From assembly GCA_964016885.1 (NCBI GenBank), contig OZ024743.1, positions 162,068,001 to 162,132,000 on the forward strand: DNA of 64,000 nt. The letters run 5' to 3'. This DNA comes from Eledone cirrhosa. Taxonomy: Eukaryota. A program made the translations under genes and the position numbers. This document shows, piece by piece, positions 41,909 through 55,863 of this stretch. How positions within the stretch are numbered: the stretch's first letter is position 1; every line of letters begins with the position of its first letter. A model generated the notes under the pieces. That model had not been told where the DNA came from. It made no database searches and saw nothing but the letters and a program-made list of their open reading frames with translations.

Positions 41909-41972
<64 letters not shown>

Positions 41973-42376
41973 ACTAGAAATTGATTGACATATATATATA
42001 TATATCTAAAATAAACACATGAAGTAACCGCAGGGGATAATTTGTAAAGTCTGTAAGCAATTTCTAGTTGATATAAAATGCTCGGATCTATTTTTTGGAA
42101 TCTTTGAGCATATTCTACAGTGGATATGTCTTTCGGACATGACACCCTTAATTTAATTTTGGATATATATATACATATATATATACGCGTACAGAGATAT
42201 GTAGAAACATACACACATACCTATGACAAACCATATATAATTACACAAATATGCAAGAATACACACGCAAATATAAATAAATACATACAAAAATGTATAC
42301 ATACATAAACATATATTCATACATAGCCATGAATATAATATCTGGAAAGTAGAAATAGGGTTCCCGTAAAAAAAGA

Positions 42377-42551
42377 ATTATTTCTACTTTTGGCACAATT
42401 ATCCCAGTGTATTACTGGTACTTTATTTTATCGACCCCGTAAGGATGAAAGGCAAAGTTAACCTCGGCGGGATTTGAACTCAGACCATAAAGGGCCGTAA
42501 CTTTTTGCTGCAAAGCATGGCGTCCGACCCTCTACCGATACTGCCAATCCC
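42377..42551 (-). mobile_element. tRNA-derived SINE
   Basis: Reverse complement of the family consensus. Confidence 0.82.
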
Positions 42552-42957
42552 CAAAAATAATGAAATGTAAGGGTGTTTGTAGAAAGACTATAACTAATAG
42601 GTAGAAAGAAGGGATAAGGGTAGTGATAGGGTATGACAAATAATATGTAAATAAAGTGAATATGTGAGTGTTATTGGTTGTAGATAAAGGTAAGTTTAAA
42701 AAAGGGGGAAGAAGTGTTAAGGATCTCTAAAAAAGGGCTAAGAAAGGTGGACAGAAAGAAGGTGGTGGGTGTGTATGTGTTAAAAGTATGACAGAAAATG
42801 GGGGAGGGTATAAATAAAATAAAATAAACAAGTGGGAGATAATGTTGTATAATGGTTGTGGTAAAAATATGTGTTTATAAGTCGATCTGGGTAAAATGTA
42901 TGTGTTCATAAAGCGATTTGGGTAGTGAGTGGAAGAGTTAATTTGTAAAGAGGAAGC

Positions 42958-43206
42958 TCAGGGTGGTTGAGTGTTCGTAGGTATATTGTACCAGCTGGAA
43001 AGATGTGATTTGAGGTGTGGACAACTTCTGAAGATCTCAGTTTTAGAATTGAGGCAAGTAGTAGAAGTTTTCAGATTTTGAAGTACTCTGTATTTTTCGG
43101 TTATACACAAAGAACATTTCTTTGTGCCTTTCTGGTATTCTTTTGAGTGGTCTAAAATTGACCAATCAATCGAGTATGGAATCTTGCGTTCTTTAAACTC
43201 CCACAT
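42958..43206 (-). mobile_element. PLE GIY-YIG C-terminal fragment
   Basis: WEFKERKIPYSIDWSIL..CSLCITEK..SCPH. Confidence 0.75.
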
Positions 43207-43475
43207 GTGTACATATGTGTACGCATGTGTTAGTGTACGTGTGTATGTATGTATTTGTATATATATATGTATGTGTACATGTACGTGTGTGTAAGTGTGT
43301 GAGTATAAGTATATGCGTAGGTATGTTTTTATATATGTATGTGTATATTTTTATATATATACATATACATTTATTATTTTCCCCTTTATTACGCCCGTTA
43401 TTTTATTTCAACCTCGCTTTCAATTGTTCTAGACTTTGTTTTGAAATCCATATCTTACATCCGTTTTAAATAAAT

Positions 43476-43548
43476 TTTCATTCTGACGAACGATTTCAGA
43501 CGTCTGTGTCAAGCTTGTCTGTCCTCGTGAAACCTTTGGTAAATGAAA
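43476..43548 (+). ncRNA. Canonical type I hammerhead ribozyme
   Basis: tttcatt-CTGACGA-acga..tcgt-GAAA-cc ttt gg-TA-aatgaaa; 7-bp stem I and GUA cleavage triplet. Confidence 0.85.
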
Positions 43549-43622
43549 TAATGATTTTATGTTGTTTATTACATAACTAAAAAGCTCTCCTTTCCTTTAC
43601 TTTACCCTTCCTACGGAAACAC

Positions 43623-43714
<92 letters not shown>

Positions 43715-43859
43715 AGAAGACGTGTCGTTAAGGAAGAACTTAGGTTGTATAAAGGTATAAAATGTTTAGAAACATAAATAACCACATTGAGACAAAGATG
43801 TGTAAATTTATAAACGAGGTCTTTCATTGGGCGGGGCTACAAACGTTAATATTAACCCC

Positions 43860-44297
43860 AAAGAATATTTTCAGCCAGTGGAAATAAACACACCCAAGGC
43901 AGTAAGAACTAGAAATAGGAAATTAAATATATCACAACCTATTCTTATACCTACCACATCTAATAGCAATGATAATAACAGTGAACCATCTCATAGAAAA
44001 AAGATAAACTGTAATTGCCCACAGTCCGAAAACTGCCGCATACAAAATATGTGTATGTACAGTAACATGATATACCAGTGTGTAATTGGTGCAATCAAAC
44101 AGAAGATAAAATATATAGGGGCTACTTCAAACGTCTTTAAGAAAAGGTGGTTTGTTCACACGCATTCCTTAAAAACTCATAAGCTTAGAAATTCTACCAC
44201 TTTAGCCAACAAAAATTGGAGGAGGGTGAAGAATATAGGATTCGCCGACTAGTAAAAACAAAATACAGGTGTTTGTAAAATTTGTATACTGGAACTG
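43860..44297 (+). mobile_element. PLE linker and GIY-YIG fragment
   Basis: CNCPQSENC..MIYQC..YIGATSNVFKKRW. Confidence 0.78.
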
Positions 44298-44481
44298 TTT
44301 GGCAGTATCGGTAGAGCATCAGACACCATGCTTTGCAGCATAGAGTTATGGCCCTTTACGCCCTGAATTCAAATTTCACTAAGGCTAGCTTTACCTTTCA
44401 TCTTTACGGGGTCGATAAAATAAAGCTCCAGTAATGCACTGGGGTAATTGCTGCCCTTTGTGACAAAAGTAGAAAATTATT
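44298..44481 (+). mobile_element. tRNA-derived SINE
   Basis: Family head, body and tail. Confidence 0.8.
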
Positions 44482-44602
44482 ACCAGAAAAATAAATAATA
44501 GAATGGAACGCATTTCTGTTTAAATACACTAGGAGTTACCACTCACAGTACCTACGGTTGATAACCACAGGAACAACTATTAAGCACACACTTACACACA
44601 CA

Positions 44603-44777
<175 letters not shown>

Positions 44778-45379
44778 AAATAGGGAGAAAAAGACGATTA
44801 CTGGGAAGAAAAATATATAATTTTCCTTTTATTTTTTTCTCTTTTTTTCCGGGTTAGAAAATGTTTAAAACAAAATATTTTACTTTGTGTGAAGTATTAA
44901 CGTATTAGTTAATTTATTTATTAATTAAGTCTGGCATTTATTTATTTATTTATTTATATATATATTTAATAATTGTCTATTACCGGTTTCAGCATTTTAT
45001 GCATTATCAAAGGAGGGAATTTGTATAAAATGTAGGAGAGAAGATAATGTGATGTTGAACATGTTAAGGAAATAGGAAAGAATGAATAATATTATTTACA
45101 AATAAGGTTTTTGAAGTAAAAAGAAAAAAAGGGGGTGATGTGGAACATGATAAGGTAATGGGAAAGAAAGAATAATATTATTTACAGGTATAGTTCTTAT
45201 ATTTATATATATCTGGTAATAAGTTATCGTTTAAGGTAATCCAGTTAGAGGTTGTTAGTAATATGCACCGTGGAAGTTTCCTTAGTTAGGTGGCGAGTTT
45301 ACGAGAATACCTATGCAGGTGATTCTTGGAGTAATAATACTGAAAGTGTGAAGAATAACATGGTTATAGTACACAATTA

Positions 45380-45494
45380 CAGTATTAACAATTGTTTCAT
45401 TGATCAAATAAGTCTAAAGACCGCTAATCATTAGAAATTATGTCACTCGACCTTAAATACAGTGTGCGTCTCTGATCAAATCATCGGAATACTG
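45380..45494 (-). ncRNA. Hammerhead ribozyme with CCGAUGA core and long stem II; inverted twin at 45845-45959 on plus
   Basis: cagtatt-CCGATGA-tttgatca..tgatcaat-GAAA-caattg-TT-aatactg. Confidence 0.75.
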
Positions 45495-46131
45495 AAGGAT
45501 GTAACACAGGGCACAATTCATAAAGTCAATACACTATATTAATACGCCGCCCACTCACCAAAATGTTCATATATCGTATTTCTTCTCATGTTATTGTTAT
45601 CATTACTATCATTACTACTTTAGACATCCACTTACTCACCATTACAACTTCATATACCACCACCACTACTACTATTATCAATAACCGTATTTTTTTATCT
45701 TTTTATTATTATTTTTTTTTATCATTTCATTATTTCATTATTTTTTATTATTGGTGTTTTATTATTATTATTATTAGTGTTATTGTTTTCATTTACTTGA
45801 TTCTCGATGTATCTATAAATACCAGTGCCCTGTGTTACATCCTTCAGTATTCCGATGATTTGATCAGAGACACACACTGTATTTAAGGTCGAATTACATA
45901 ATTTCTAATGATTAGCGGCCTTTAGACTTATTTGTTCAATGAAACAATTCTTAATACTGTAAATAAAAGCCTTTTTGTACAGCCAACCATGTTATTCTTC
46001 TCTCTTTCACTATATATATATATATACGTTCTGAATTCAAATCCTGAAGCGAAACCAATCCAAACCAAACAGTCAGTGTGTTTTATTATTATTTCTGGCA
46101 AAATTATAACAATATGACTCTCCCCAAATAT

Positions 46132-46211
<80 letters not shown>

Positions 46212-46602
46212 ACTAGAAATTGATATATATATCTAAAATAAACATATGAAACAATCACAGGGGATAATTTGTAAAGTGTGTAAGCACACACAGCTAGGTA
46301 GGTAACTAATTAAAATTTAACTAGAACTTCAAATATAGATACCTTTTAAAATGATTAATCTTCCTTGTATATATTTCATTAAAGAAATATATTTCACCAT
46401 TAATCGGTAAATCATAGTAGTCAAATCCCGGATTTTCAACAAGGGAGAAGATTTAACTATCTGTGTTTAGACAGCAAATGCAAATCTGCGAATGATCCGT
46501 AGCACGTGTTGCATTTTTAAAAAAATACACACATCGTACTAGCGTCATCCCAGTGAATATGGCGCATGTCTCTCGGACATGACACCCTTAATTTAATTTT
46601 GG

Positions 46603-46634
<32 letters not shown>

Positions 46635-46635
46635 C

Positions 46636-46701
<66 letters not shown>

Positions 46702-46745
46702 CAAAAGAAATTGAAAATGCAGCTGGAGTCTTTTAAGAATATTTA

Positions 46746-46789
46746 TTTACTTTACCGGTTTCACAGTTCTTATGATTTTCAAAAGTAAA
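46746..46789 (-). ncRNA. Minimal hammerhead with U3:A8 core
   Basis: tttactt-TTGAAAA-tca..tgt-GAAA-ccgg-TA-aagtaaa; 7-bp stem I, very short stem II. Confidence 0.65.
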
Positions 46790-46833
46790 ATTGAGATGAA
46801 GGGTTTGTTTGTCTGTTGTGGTTTTACTCGCAT

Positions 46834-48405
46834 TTGTGTTGTAACATAAATTCCCGCTGTTGTTATAATATGTTTTCACTCTATTTTATCTTGTTTGGCT
46901 TAGTGAATATAGTCATAATTTGTTGGAATAATTTGTTTGAATAATTTACTTGAATAACTTAATTTGAATTTTTTTTGTAGCATTTGAAATGGAAATTCAG
47001 GGAGGCAGAAAACCCATTTTGGACACTTGCTTTATTTCGCTTTTCGCCGTAATCAAAAAGCCCCCGAAGCAGCTCGGGATATTTGCGCCGTTTACGGAGA
47101 GGATGCTATAGCTGCGAGGACTGCTCGAGATTGGTTTGCCAACTTCGATCTGGACAACCTACCGAGTTCCACGAAGACCATTTGAAGGCGCTTTTGAAAG
47201 AAGATGGTCGCCAAACTTGCAGAGAATTGGCCGAGAAGATGAACAGCAATGCAATTACAATCTCCCACCACCTTCAATCAATTGGTTTTACTCAAAACTT
47301 GGAGCTTGGGTGCCACATGAGCTTACCGAAAACAACAACAAAATTCGCCTTCAAATTGCTGCTCAACATCTCGCCCAACACCAAGCAACACGCGGCCACA
47401 AGCAACGATTTTTATACAGTATTGTCACGAGAGAGGAGAAATGGAGTCTACGTCAATATGAAGCAAAGGAAGGAGTGGGTGGCTTCAGGAGACACGCCAA
47501 AGCCGAGAGTTAAGAAAGACCTCCATCCCCAAAAGACCATGATCTGCGTTTGGTGGGACTGGGAGGGTCTTGTACACTGGGAGATGCTTGAGAAAAACAA
47601 AACGGTCACCAAGAATCTCTACATAGCCCAATTGCATCGTGTAAATGAGGCTATCCAACAGAAAAACCCCATCGACAAGGCCAAATCCTCCTCCTCCACG
47701 CCATCGCCAGGCTCCACGTTGCAAACATCGTCAAAGCTGCCCTCCAAGAGCTCGATTGGGAGGTTCTTCAGAGCCCACCGTATTCTCCGGATCTTGCACC
47801 AACCGACTATCACCTTTTCCGCTCATTGTCGAACCAAATGAGGGGCGTAACCTTCGACAATGACGAGGACCTTGCAAATTGGCTTAACAACTTCTTCGAG
47901 TCCAGGCCTGGCGATTTCTGGCGAAATGGCATTAATACATTGGTCGATAGGTGGGAGCAGGTCGTAAAAAATGACGGAGAATGCATACTTGACTAATTTG
48001 TTGTTATTATTCTTATTATTAAAGTTAAAAGTTATAAAAGTAGGGCGGTGGATTGGCAGTATCGGTGGAGGGTCGGACGCCATGCTTTCCAGCATAGTTA
48101 CGTCCCTTTACGATCTGAGTTCAAATCCCGCCGAGGTTGACTTTGCCTTTCATCCTTACGGGGTCGATAAAATAAAGTACCAGTAATGTACTGGTAATTG
48201 CTGGCCTTGTGCCTAAAGTAGAAACAATTATTAAAGTTAATCCCGTCTAGGTTAACTTTGTATTTCAACCTTGGGGTCGATAAAATAAAGTACCAGTAAT
48301 GTACTGGGTAATTGCTGGCCTTGTACCAAAAGTAGAAACAATTATTATTATTTTCAATAAAACTTCTTAATAAAAAAAACGGCGGGAATTTATGTTACAA
48401 CTTAA
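46834..48405 (+). mobile_element. mariner transposon with frameshifted transposase (~46989-47997) and SINEs inserted in its 3' part
   Basis: WVPHEL and YSPDLAPTDYHLF motifs; TIR core gttgtaacataaattcccgc at both ends; TA at 48406-07. Confidence 0.9.
48042..48345 (+). mobile_element. tRNA-derived SINE plus tandem partial copy
   Basis: Full copy 48042-48231, 3' partial copy 48241-48345. Confidence 0.85.
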
Positions 48406-48437
48406 TAGATGCGAAGTTTGAAAGTTCTTTCGGTTTT

Positions 48438-48508
<71 letters not shown>

Positions 48509-48666
48509 ATATATATATATGTGTGTGTGTGTATACGTGTTTATATATGCGTATGTGTGTGTATGTATATATATATTTTGTTTGTATGTATACATATATT
48601 TTGTTTCGTATGTATATATATGTGTTTGCATGTATGTATGTATATGTATGTCTGTATATATGTGCG

Positions 48667-48791
<125 letters not shown>

Positions 48792-49599
48792 ATATACACC
48801 GGTGTGTATGATTGTGTATAGAAGATTATATTAATAAGAGGAATTCCAACTTTGTCTGATTTACTCGTTTTATTTAGAATCCTTTAAAATTTATAATGGT
48901 ATTATAATGAAATAGTATGATAGAATATTAAATGTTAAGTGTTAATTGAACAAGTACTTTCATGCTTTCGCAATCTTCAGGTTCATAATGTGTGGTGACA
49001 GTCAAGTTTGCAATTTTCATCACACACATATATATATATATGTGTGTGTGTGTATGTGTGTGTGTGTATGTGTGGTTGTTGCGCTTATATATCTATGTAG
49101 GAGTGTATATGGATGTACGTGTAGATGTATGCTTGTAATTCTATGTGTGTGTGTGCATGTATGTATATTTATATGTGTGTATATATATATATATATTTTT
49201 TTTTTCCGTTATAAGATGTTATTTTAACTCAGCCTCACTTTCATTTTAATAGATATTAATTTCAAAACTTATATCCAAAAGATAACTATTTCATCTGATG
49301 AACGGGCTGGACTTTTATGTAAGGATCGTCTAGTATCTTAAACCTTTAATTATATTGTGTTGTTTATTATATAAATATATATATATATATAATTTTACCT
49401 CGTAATGAACAGTTGAATTCCACTACTATAGGCTTTCTGATGAAGTGTAATAAATAATTAAGTATTGCATATGATTGAACAATATATATTGTAGTCAGCA
49501 TATGCAGACAATTTATAATAGACACAGGAACATATGTAAAGCAAATAAATTCATAATCTCTTCACGCCGACGGTTTATTTTTCTCGGTGCAATACTTGC

Positions 49600-49703
<104 letters not shown>

Positions 49704-49827
49704 CACCTATTTTGCCCATATTCTTCACTTCAAATGTTTATGTCTTCTTCAGATTCCCCTTTTGTCTGTTCTCATTATCAACTCAAAGTATTTCTATTTG
49801 ATTCAAGATCAAAGTATTTAGTCTGAC

Positions 49828-49958
49828 CTTTACAAATAATTCATGTTTAGAGTACATGGGAAGTACATGCAGAGAAAGTTGTTCGGCTGAAGTATAAAAG
49901 TTGAAACAAAAGTCCTCCTCCCGAGCATCGTTTACACTAATTGCTTGTTTAAACTTAA
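49828..49958 (-). CDS. Candidate internal exon of an unidentified host gene
   Basis: ctgtcAG| ... AAG|GTCAGA; 131 nt; open frame KFKQAISVNDAREEDFCFNFYTSAEQLSLHVLPMYSKHELFVK; not repetitive within the window. Confidence 0.35.
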
Positions 49959-50154
49959 CTGACAGCATAATATATTCCACTATACACACACGCGTTCTCT
50001 CTTCCACAGTCTCCCTACTCTCACTCTCTCTCTCTCTCATGTCTCTTTCTCTCTGTCCCGCCCCTACTTATAATACTGCTAAGGCATACACTCACACACA
50101 CACATACACACACATATGTGTGTGTATGTGTGTGTGCATACACACATACGTACG

Positions 50155-50505
50155 TAGCCGGCCCTCGCCGGATGTCTTATCAGTGCTTCGGCAAAAACAT
50201 CCGGACCTCCCCCCCCCCCCCCCCCCAGTCGACATCAGGGACGTTCTATCCCCGGCCAGCAACCTTTCCGCAGCTGCGTCCAGTGAGGACGTCGTAGCTA
50301 CCCTGAGATCTTTCCCAGAAAGCAGCTGTGGCGGAGTGGACGGCCTGTGCCCCGGTCACCTCAGAGACCTCATCTCGCCTCACGCTGCAGAAGCAGGGGA
50401 CCAACTGTCTCCTCCGCGCCAACTTACCCTGCCATGCCCACGATCATTTCTTCCCAGCCAGTCTGACCGCCCTGAGGAAGATTGATGGAGGCGTCCGCCC
50501 ACTCC
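50155..50505 (+). mobile_element. CRE-clade non-LTR retrotransposon RT N-terminal fragment
   Basis: LRQKHP, LRSFPESSCGGVDGLCPGHLRDL, ASLTALRKIDGGVRP. Confidence 0.72.
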
Positions 50506-51720
50506 ATCGCAATGGGCAACGTCTTTTGCACCAATCAACCCCCACAGCCTTCACACAACTACACAAGCAGACGCAAACCTGCCTAAACACTGACCCTGAG
50601 AGGGACACCCAAGCGCCAATCGGACAGGCTGCACGTGTACATAAACATACACTTATACACAACAGAGGAGATAAATTATATATGAATAAAATAGCCATGA
50701 GCGCACCCGCGCACACGAACACCGACATCACAACAAACGCTTTGCGACTATGAGGGTATCGGCCAACGCCCAATCCAATAGGCCACCCTGTAACTTTCCC
50801 CTTCTGCCCCCCCCCCCCCCCAACTACACTCTTTTCTCCACATGCCCTACACTTTCCTTCACCTGAAGGAACAGCGTATGGAATCAGCTGAAAATGAACA
50901 AATACTTCTGTTACATTCTATATGTCCTTCCACGCGCCCCTGTATTTATGAATGTATGTGTGTGTGGCTCGGTGTATCCTCTGTGTATGCGTGTGTGAGG
51001 TGACATATGTGTGTATGTATATTTATATTGATATGTATGGATGTGCGTGCATGCGTGTGTGAATCTGGGTGCGTGTGTACAGATGCATCTTTATATTCCT
51101 TTTTATATTCTTTCCACAATATGCACTGCACCGGTATCTTGCTTTTACCAACACAGTTATTTTAGCAACTTTTTCACACTTTTTTTTTATAGTCTTTTCA
51201 AACTCTAACCGCATACCTTAATTCGTTATTTCATTAATTCCTTATAGTGCAAATGCCCCTTTAAGGATATATAAATAGCTTACAACAAAGCCCCGCCCCA
51301 ACCTAGGATAACATACTTCCCTTATGTCTCTCTTTTTTCCTTTTCACTTACCCCTCAGTGATAAACCGATGACCAGCTTAAACCCCTCCACTCCTTGTAC
51401 AGCACCACACTCTTTCATCTCCCATCACGCATAATCCTATCACATCCATACTCACACCCAGCACCTTCACCTCACCACATACACGCCACAATATATATGA
51501 AACTGCCAAAACACCACACCCCCGCAACTCACATCAACCATCGCTCCCCACCACCACCACCACCTCCTCATTATGTCCATACCCCCACCTACCACACATG
51601 CCAAAACATTCTTCACAGCAAAACCGCCAATCAAAACAACATAAACTGACCACCATATGAACGCGAAACATTACAGAAGTCCCTATGCTTTATATGTTCA
51701 TTCTGTCATTACCACAGCAG

Positions 51721-51807
51721 TGGTCCGACGAGCATTTGATTCCAGAGTCGGGCCAGCTTGATACAGTCCGAACCTTCAGCTGATCAATAACGAAACGCGT
51801 GTCACCA
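51721..51807 (+). ncRNA. Probable hammerhead with CCGACGA core
   Basis: tggt-CCGACGA-..-GAAA-cgcgtg-TC-acca, then aataaa; stem II imperfect. Confidence 0.55.
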
Positions 51808-51949
51808 ATCAATAAACGTAATGAAGACATAACAAATCATCCTTTTATTATTATATTTACACTCTGTTTAGCTCTACATCTCGCTACTACACAGGAATCT
51901 AAACATCGAGTGCTCACCTGGACGAACTTACAGTAACTGCACTTTACAA

Positions 51950-53700
51950 TCCCTATAATAGGCAGTATGGGTGTAGTATCACTGTACCCATCCATTAACA
52001 TTGATTTTGCTGTGGAAAAATGTGTGGAAATAATCAGTGAGAGCGAAGTGGAGTTCTGCGACGTCGACACAGATGAACTGGGCCTCCCACTTAGACTTAC
52101 TTATGACACCGAGTACCTAGATAATCATGACCTTAGCTGTTTCTGCCCCAGTAGGCCTATAAGAGGTAGACCCCCTCCCCCATAACCTCAATGGCTAAAC
52201 AGATGGAATGGATAGATCAAAGCAATACGGACACCCCAAAACAATGATCAGGTGAGAAAAATGGTCGCACATGCAATAGGGGCTAGTATTGAAACTACCC
52301 TAAAGAGCCATATGTTTAAATTGGATGAAAAGATCTACACTCAGAATGAGGGAGCAGCCATTGGCGTCAGCATAGCTGGCGATGTTGCCAATCTATAGTA
52401 TGGTGGGAGAGGAGACTCAGAGAACTCCTTGAAGAGAACTCCATAGACCTCGTCATGTACTCTCGTTACGTAGACGATATTAATATAGTAATAAGAACAC
52501 CCCCCACAAGAGAGTACTAATGAACATGAATTAGAAAATAGCACAATGGAAAGCATCCAACAGATAGCTAACTCCATACACCAGAGTATAACTGTAACTG
52601 TTGACTACCTTTCCAAACACCCTAACAATAGACTACCACTATTAGACAGGGAACTCTGGATTAACACTATAGACGAGAGGGCCCAAATTCTCCACTCACA
52701 CTATGCTAAACCCATTGCCTCCAAATACCTGATACTCAAAAACTCAGCAATGTCCAATAGTGCTAAGTTTAATATTCTGATTGCAGACTTGGTAGGAGTG
52801 ATGAAGAATGTGTCCCGCATGTGCGACCCAACTGAAATGGAAAGACACATCCAACACTTCATCAATCGCATGCAGTTCTCTGGCTACAACCAAAGAGATA
52901 GAATCAGAGTATACAAAGGAGCCACGGAGAAATATAAGACTCCCATAGAAATGGACATGAAAGGAATTTGCCCAGGAGCAAATCATGGAATAGCTTAGAT
53001 AGGACTAAACATAAGATAGGGAAAGCCACTTCATGGTACAACAACCAGAGATACCAGAGTGTCATGTTCGTGGATGCTACCCCTGGAGGGAAATTAGCTA
53101 AGCAATGTAGAAAGGCTCTAAGAAAGACCCATCTAAAGATTAAAGTGGTAGAAAAGCCAGTAACTACCATTAAATCCCTCATCAGCAAGACATACCCCTT
53201 TAAGAAAACCCACTGTACGAATAAGAAATGCATAATATGTAGAATGAACCCCCAGATAAATTGTAAAACTAGAAACGTAGTTTATAGCATAAGATGTACA
53301 GAGGGTACTTGCAGAAACAAGACAACGACATACATAGGCGAGACAGCTCGAAGCATAGGAGAAAGACTAGACCAACACTACTAAAAGAACAAAAGAAAAA
53401 CGGTTCAGTACTATATGAACACTCCAGAGAAAGACATGACGGTAATATAGACAACATAGAAATTAAAATAATATCTAAGCATAGAAATAACTCAACAGGT
53501 AGGTAAATCAGAGAAGCAACTAAGATAGAACTAAGAAGACCGAAGTTGAACAGAAAGAACAAATGGAATAACAACAACCATACTCAAACAAACAATACTG
53601 ACTGAAGGGAAATATAAATAAATAAATATATACACAAGTACAATAATAACAAACACATATAAACACACAGTAGTAAAACAAAGATAGAATACAAAAAACA
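51950..53700 (+). mobile_element. Decayed PLE of a second clade: RT, Cys linker and GIY-YIG
   Basis: VVSLYPSI, QNEGAAIG, RYVDD, VMFVDATPGG, CTNKKCIIC, VVYSIRC..YIGETAR. Confidence 0.88.
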
Positions 53701-53711
53701 AAACACATACA

Positions 53712-54990
53712 CTCAAAAGGGTATGTATTACTAATAAGTGTTTTTATGGAGGTACCTGGTCTTTCTACTATCTTAATATTAAGTTTAAGTTTATCTAGGG
53801 CCCTTCTAAATTTGTAAGCTAATTCACCTCTAGGGGTTGTATTGATGAACATTACACTCTGGTATTTATTGCTATCATACCATGAGTTTATTCAATTAAC
53901 CTTATTCCTAGTTCTTTCTAGTCTATTCCAAAATTTGCTCCTATACAAGAGGCAGGTCCCATTTGTATCATTATTTACCGTTTTTTCCCATTTGGTTCTG
54001 GCTCCTCTATATACTCTGATTTTATCTCTCTGATTGTAACCAGAATTGAATTAGCTTATAAATTTAGAAAGGCCCTAGATAAACTTAAACTTAATATTAA
54101 GATAGTAGAAAGACCAGGTATCTCCATAAAAACACTTATTAGTAATACATACCCTTTTCAAAGACCTCCCTGTATAGATAAGAAATGCATAATCTGTAAA
54201 CTAAGCCTCCATATTAACTGTAAAACTAGAAATGTAGTATATAGCATAAGATGTACTGAAGGACAATGTAAAGATAAAAATATAGTGTACATAGGTGAGA
54301 CAGCTCTTAGTATAGGAGAACGGTTAAATGAACACTGGCGAGAGCTACAAGATAAAAGAGAATCATCAATACTCCACCAAGATGCTAAAATAGAACATAA
54401 GGGCAAATTAGAGAACATAGAAATAAAAATAGAATCTACACACAGAAAAGACGCAATGTTTAGACAAATCACAGAGGCAGTAAACATAAATGAACTCCAG
54501 CCAAAATTAAATAGAAAACATGAATGGAATAGCAACATCACAACTTACAATTAAGGACAAAATGAAAACACACACACACATAGAACAAACAACCAACCAG
54601 TAGCATGTAAATAAACAATTAAATAAACAAATAAAAACACACACAAATACCCGGATGTAACACATGCGCAAACTAAGCACACAACACACACAAAAACAAG
54701 ATGGCGTAGGACAGAACAAAGGAGAGGCACAAAACAAAGAAAAGAATCCCCAGTCACTGAAGAGGTCACAGAACGTGTGACGAAAGAACTTTGACAATAT
54801 ATGAACAACCGTCCGGTTGTGGAACCAACCAACCAGCCGGAAAATTATAAATTTATAAATTTAATTTATAATAAATTGGAGTGAAAGCAACTGGTGCGTG
54901 TGTTTCTTATTGGCAACATGACCCTCCCAAAGTATAACAATATCGGTTTCAACACACGTTTTCAGATAAAGAATCTTGCTAAACAAATTC
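53712..54990. mobile_element. PLE with inverted 5' part (minus 53712-54045; plus 54053-54990 including GIY-YIG and an unedited pLTR)
   Basis: Overlapping inverted arms; ORF 54285-54554; reference pLTR 54553-54990. Confidence 0.85.
54753..54795 (+). ncRNA. Type I hammerhead ribozyme, intact, ~200 nt after the PLE stop codon
   Basis: gtca-CTGAAGA-ggtcac..gtgac-GAAA-gaac-TT-tgac. Confidence 0.82.
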
Positions 54991-55013
54991 ATATATATTT
55001 ATATATTTATATA

Positions 55014-55364
55014 ACTAAAAAAATCAATCTGTGGACGCAGAAGTAAATATTTCGAAAAAAGTTGCAACCAAACGAAAACAGGAAGACGATACTTGGTTTG
55101 TGAGGACGTTCCCTGGCAATGAACGGAAAAAAGCGAGGATAATACCTCGTTATGTGGTGCGATAGAACGATTTCACTCAAAGGCAAAAACACGTTTATGA
55201 TATAAATGGAGTCATAGACTAATATTCTATTTAGGAAACCGAATGTTTCCGTTCATTGCCAGGGAACGTCTTCACGAACCAAACTATCGTCTTCCTGTTT
55301 TCTTTCGGTTGCAACATTTTTCGAAATATTTACTTCTGCTACCACAGATTGATTTTTTTTAGTT
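55014..55364. repeat. ~115-bp inverted repeat pair (MITE-like); partial third copy at 55660-55715
   Basis: 55014-55130 is the reverse complement of 55246-55364. Confidence 0.75.
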
Positions 55365-55577
55365 TCAGAAGATGAAAGCAGCGATTCTCTCCTTAAACTT
55401 TAATCTGTTATTTTAATATATACTAGCAGAATGGCCGGGCGTTGCTCGGGATTTGCTCTAGGGTTCTTAGGGTTCTTATATATTTGATATATATTTATCC
55501 TTATCGAGCCTCGTGAGATAAATACGTTTGTTTATATTTTGATATTGTGTATGCAACAATATGTGTACACGAATATA

Positions 55578-55609
<32 letters not shown>

Positions 55610-55722
55610 ACAGATTGAATTTTAAGCAAAAAATCGGTGCTTTCACCCTTAACGGGATCTTCTGAAACAAAAAAAAATCAATCTGTGAACGCAGAAGTAA
55701 ATATTTCGAAAAACGTTACACA

Positions 55723-55768
<46 letters not shown>

Positions 55769-55863
55769 TATATATACATATACACACACACACATACACA
55801 CACAGAGCTACGTCATAATGTCGTAATGCAGACAGCCAAGCATACAGACAGATATTATAAGGG

